This document shows, one piece after another, positions 62,143 through 64,000 of a stretch of DNA of 64,000 bases; position 1 is the stretch's first letter; every line of letters begins with the position of its first letter. A program made the position numbers and the translations under genes. Where the stretch lies: contig JADJYJ010000010.1 of NCBI GenBank assembly GCA_016719785.1, positions 1-64,000 of the forward strand. The letters run 5' to 3'. The notes beneath the pieces were generated by a model. The model was not told the origin of the DNA, did not search any database, and was given only the letters and a program-made list of their open reading frames with translations. This stretch comes from Candidatus Amarolinea dominans. GTDB taxonomy: Bacteria; Chloroflexota; Anaerolineae; SSC4; Amarolineaceae.

Positions 62143-63198
62143 TCAGGCGCGTACGCTGCTGCTGCGGCCGAGGATGCCGCTGGGACGCACGAGCAGGACC
62201 AAGATGAGCAGGGCAAAGACGAAGGCATCGCGGAAGCTGCTGTCAAGGTAGGCCACACTCAAGACACGAATCATGCCCACCAGAAAGGCCGCCACGGCCG
62301 CGCCGCCGATGCTGCCCATGCCGCCCACGATGATGACGGTCAGCCCGGCCAGTTCCACCTCGTTGCCCATGGTTGGCTCCAGGCGGTTGAAGGCCAGGCC
62401 CAGCAGTACGCCGGCCGCGCCGGCCAGCGCACCAGAGAGGAAAAATGTCTGCGCCACCACCCAGTCTACGTTGATGCCGAGCAGGCGGGCCGTGCGTTCA
62501 TTCCAGGCGATGGCGCGAATGGCGCGCCCCAGGGATGTGCGTTCGATGAGCAGGCGCAGGGTGAGCATCAGGCTGAGGGCAAGGACAAGAACCAGAACCT
62601 GAATCGGCGCAATGACCGCGCGCCCGAAGAGGGACAGGGGGGCGGTGGGGAAAATCTCAGGGGGAAAGCGGGAGACCTGCGCACCAAAAACGCCCTGCGC
62701 CACGCTGATGAAGATGATGGACGCGCCGATCGAGGAAATCATCGGCGCCAGGCGCGGCACCGGCGCCTGGCGCAGCGGCCGGATCGCGCGATAGTCAAGC
62801 ACGATGCCGGCCAGCGCCAGCGCGGCGCCGGCGCCGAGCAGGATCATCCCCCAGGGCGCGGGCCAGGCGCCGATGATGCCGAGCAGTAAAAGGATGAAGC
62901 CGGCCCAGAGCACCAGGCCGCCCATCGTCAAGCTGCGTAGCGGTTTGAACGCGAGGCGATCGAGCAGAATCGCCAGCAGGCCCGCGCCGATCATGGCTAG
63001 CGGAATAGAAACCCACAGCGGCCAGCCCAACTGCGTGACACACAAGAACGCGATGAACGCGCCCCACATGTAGTTGGCGCCGTGTGCCAGGTTGACGATA
63101 TCGAGCACCCCAAAGACCAGGGTGTAGCCCATGGCAAACAGTGCCAGGGCAGCCCCTTGCCAGATACCGTTGATGAGCTGCTGTGGGAGTTGTTCCAT
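62143..63198 (-). CDS. livH: Branched-chain amino acid ABC transporter permease
   Basis: Polytopic permease with the EAA-like loop region, upstream of livM. Confidence 0.8.
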   Translation of the reverse strand: MEQLPQQLINGIWQGAALALFAMGYTLVFGVLDIVNLAHGANYMWGAFIAFLCVTQLGWPLWVSIPLAMIGAGLLAILLDRLAFKPLRSLTMGGLVLWAGFILLLLGIIGAWPAPWGMILLGAGAALALAGIVLDYRAIRPLRQAPVPRLAPMISSIGASIIFISVAQGVFGAQVSRFPPEIFPTAPLSLFGRAVIAPIQVLVLVLALSLMLTLRLLIERTSLGRAIRAIAWNERTARLLGINVDWVVAQTFFLSGALAGAAGVLLGLAFNRLEPTMGNEVELAGLTVIIVGGMGSIGGAAVAAFLVGMIRVLSVAYLDSSFRDAFVFALLILVLLVRPSGILGRSSSVRA

Positions 63199-63215
63199 AA
63201 CTGTGCCAGTCTGCC

Positions 63216-64000
63216 CTACTTGAACAGATCGAACTTGCCGTCCTTGACCACCTGCACGATCGGGGCATGCACAGGGTCGCGGCTGGCGGCGAAGGAGAAC
63301 TTACCGAGCACGGTGTCCGCGTCCTTGACCTGTGCCAGGGTATCGCGAATTGCCTGCCCCTCCGCCTTGCCTGCGTTCTTGATGGCCGAGGCCATGATGT
63401 AGACCGCGGCATAGGCCTGCGCGGCGAACTGGTCGGGATTGGCGCCGTACTTGGCGTTGTAGGCCTTGACGAAATCCTGGTTGCCAGGCGCGTCGGAGTT
63501 GACGAACCAGGCCGCGCCGGAGATGGCGCCCTCAGCGGCCGCGCCGGCCAACTGCGCCAGTTTGGGCGAGTTGAAGCCGTTGCCGCCAATGAAACGAACG
63601 CTATCGGGAATGCCGAGCTGTCGGCCCTGGGACATGATGCCCGCCGCTTCTTCTGCCAGCGCGGAGACCACGATGGCCTCGGGGTTCAGCGACTTGATCT
63701 TGGTCAACTGCGCCGAGAAGTCGGTGTCACCTTTTTTGAACGTCTCGGTGGTCAAGATCTCGATGCCTTCGGCGTCCAGGGCAGCCTTGAAGGCATCATA
63801 GCCGCTCTTGGTAAAGGCGTCGTCGTCACCGTAGAGAACGGCCACCCGCTTGTAGCCCAGCTTGGCTTTGGTCATCTTGATCGTGTTGGGAATCACGGAC
63901 GCCTCAGGCAAGCTGTTGCGGAAGATGAAATCGCCAATTTCGACGATGCCGGCGGCCGTGTTGGAGGTGGCCAGCACCACTACCTTCTTCTCCTGGGCGA
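63216..64000 (-). CDS. ABC transporter substrate-binding protein, LivJ/LivK (type I periplasmic binding fold) family; partial, N-terminus beyond window end
   Basis: ORF 63216-63980 continues to the window edge. It has the PBP1 fold pattern (VVLATSNTAAGIVEIGDFIFRNSLPEA...). Confidence 0.75.
   Translation of the reverse strand, partial: AQEKKVVVLATSNTAAGIVEIGDFIFRNSLPEASVIPNTIKMTKAKLGYKRVAVLYGDDDAFTKSGYDAFKAALDAEGIEILTTETFKKGDTDFSAQLTKIKSLNPEAIVVSALAEEAAGIMSQGRQLGIPDSVRFIGGNGFNSPKLAQLAGAAAEGAISGAAWFVNSDAPGNQDFVKAYNAKYGANPDQFAAQAYAAVYIMASAIKNAGKAEGQAIRDTLAQVKDADTVLGKFSFAASRDPVHAPIVQVVKDGKFDLFK

Overview
High-GC (about 65-70%) bacterial chromosomal window with PT-rich linkers and giant beta-helix and LVIVD proteins. 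I would tentatively place it in Chloroflexota or Actinomycetota, with low confidence. The window is accessory-rich and has six main parts. (1) 1-11.8 kb: an M1 aminopeptidase, an NmrA-like epimerase, an AAA-ATPase fused to a PD-(D/E)XK nuclease, and a ~2,500-aa secreted parallel-beta-helix protein ending in a CAP/SCP domain. (2) 12.1-16.4 kb: a large serine recombinase with small cargo genes, bounded by a truncated flavoprotein gene and a palindromic MITE-like element. (3) 16.4-20.5 kb: a four-gene membrane operon of NfeD-like, flotillin, PspA-like coiled-coil and 2-TM channel genes. (4) 20.7-33.2 kb: a Cys-rich zinc-finger protein, an LVIVD beta-propeller, a GNAT, three tandem secreted GH-A (GH5-like) hydrolase genes, and rsmI. 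(5) 33.3-43.4 kb: an RHS/YD polymorphic-toxin locus with a ~2,040-aa RHS, an ~840-aa RHS, an orphan RHS fragment and two small lipoprotein immunity candidates. A poly-G tract and a dispersed repeat family lie upstream. (6) 43.9-64 kb: sodA, an MFS-GPH symporter with a GH13 alpha-glucosidase, a tandem duplication of a TolB-like lipoprotein plus M23 peptidase pair with a higBA insertion truncating copy 2, a histidine phosphatase, and a livFGMH-J operon. Many unrelated genes in the first 43 kb are split by single-base frameshifts at homopolymer runs. Two of the three junctions I checked at nucleotide level sit at homopolymer runs, so homopolymer indel sequencing error is the working hypothesis; all merged gene models are labelled accordingly.
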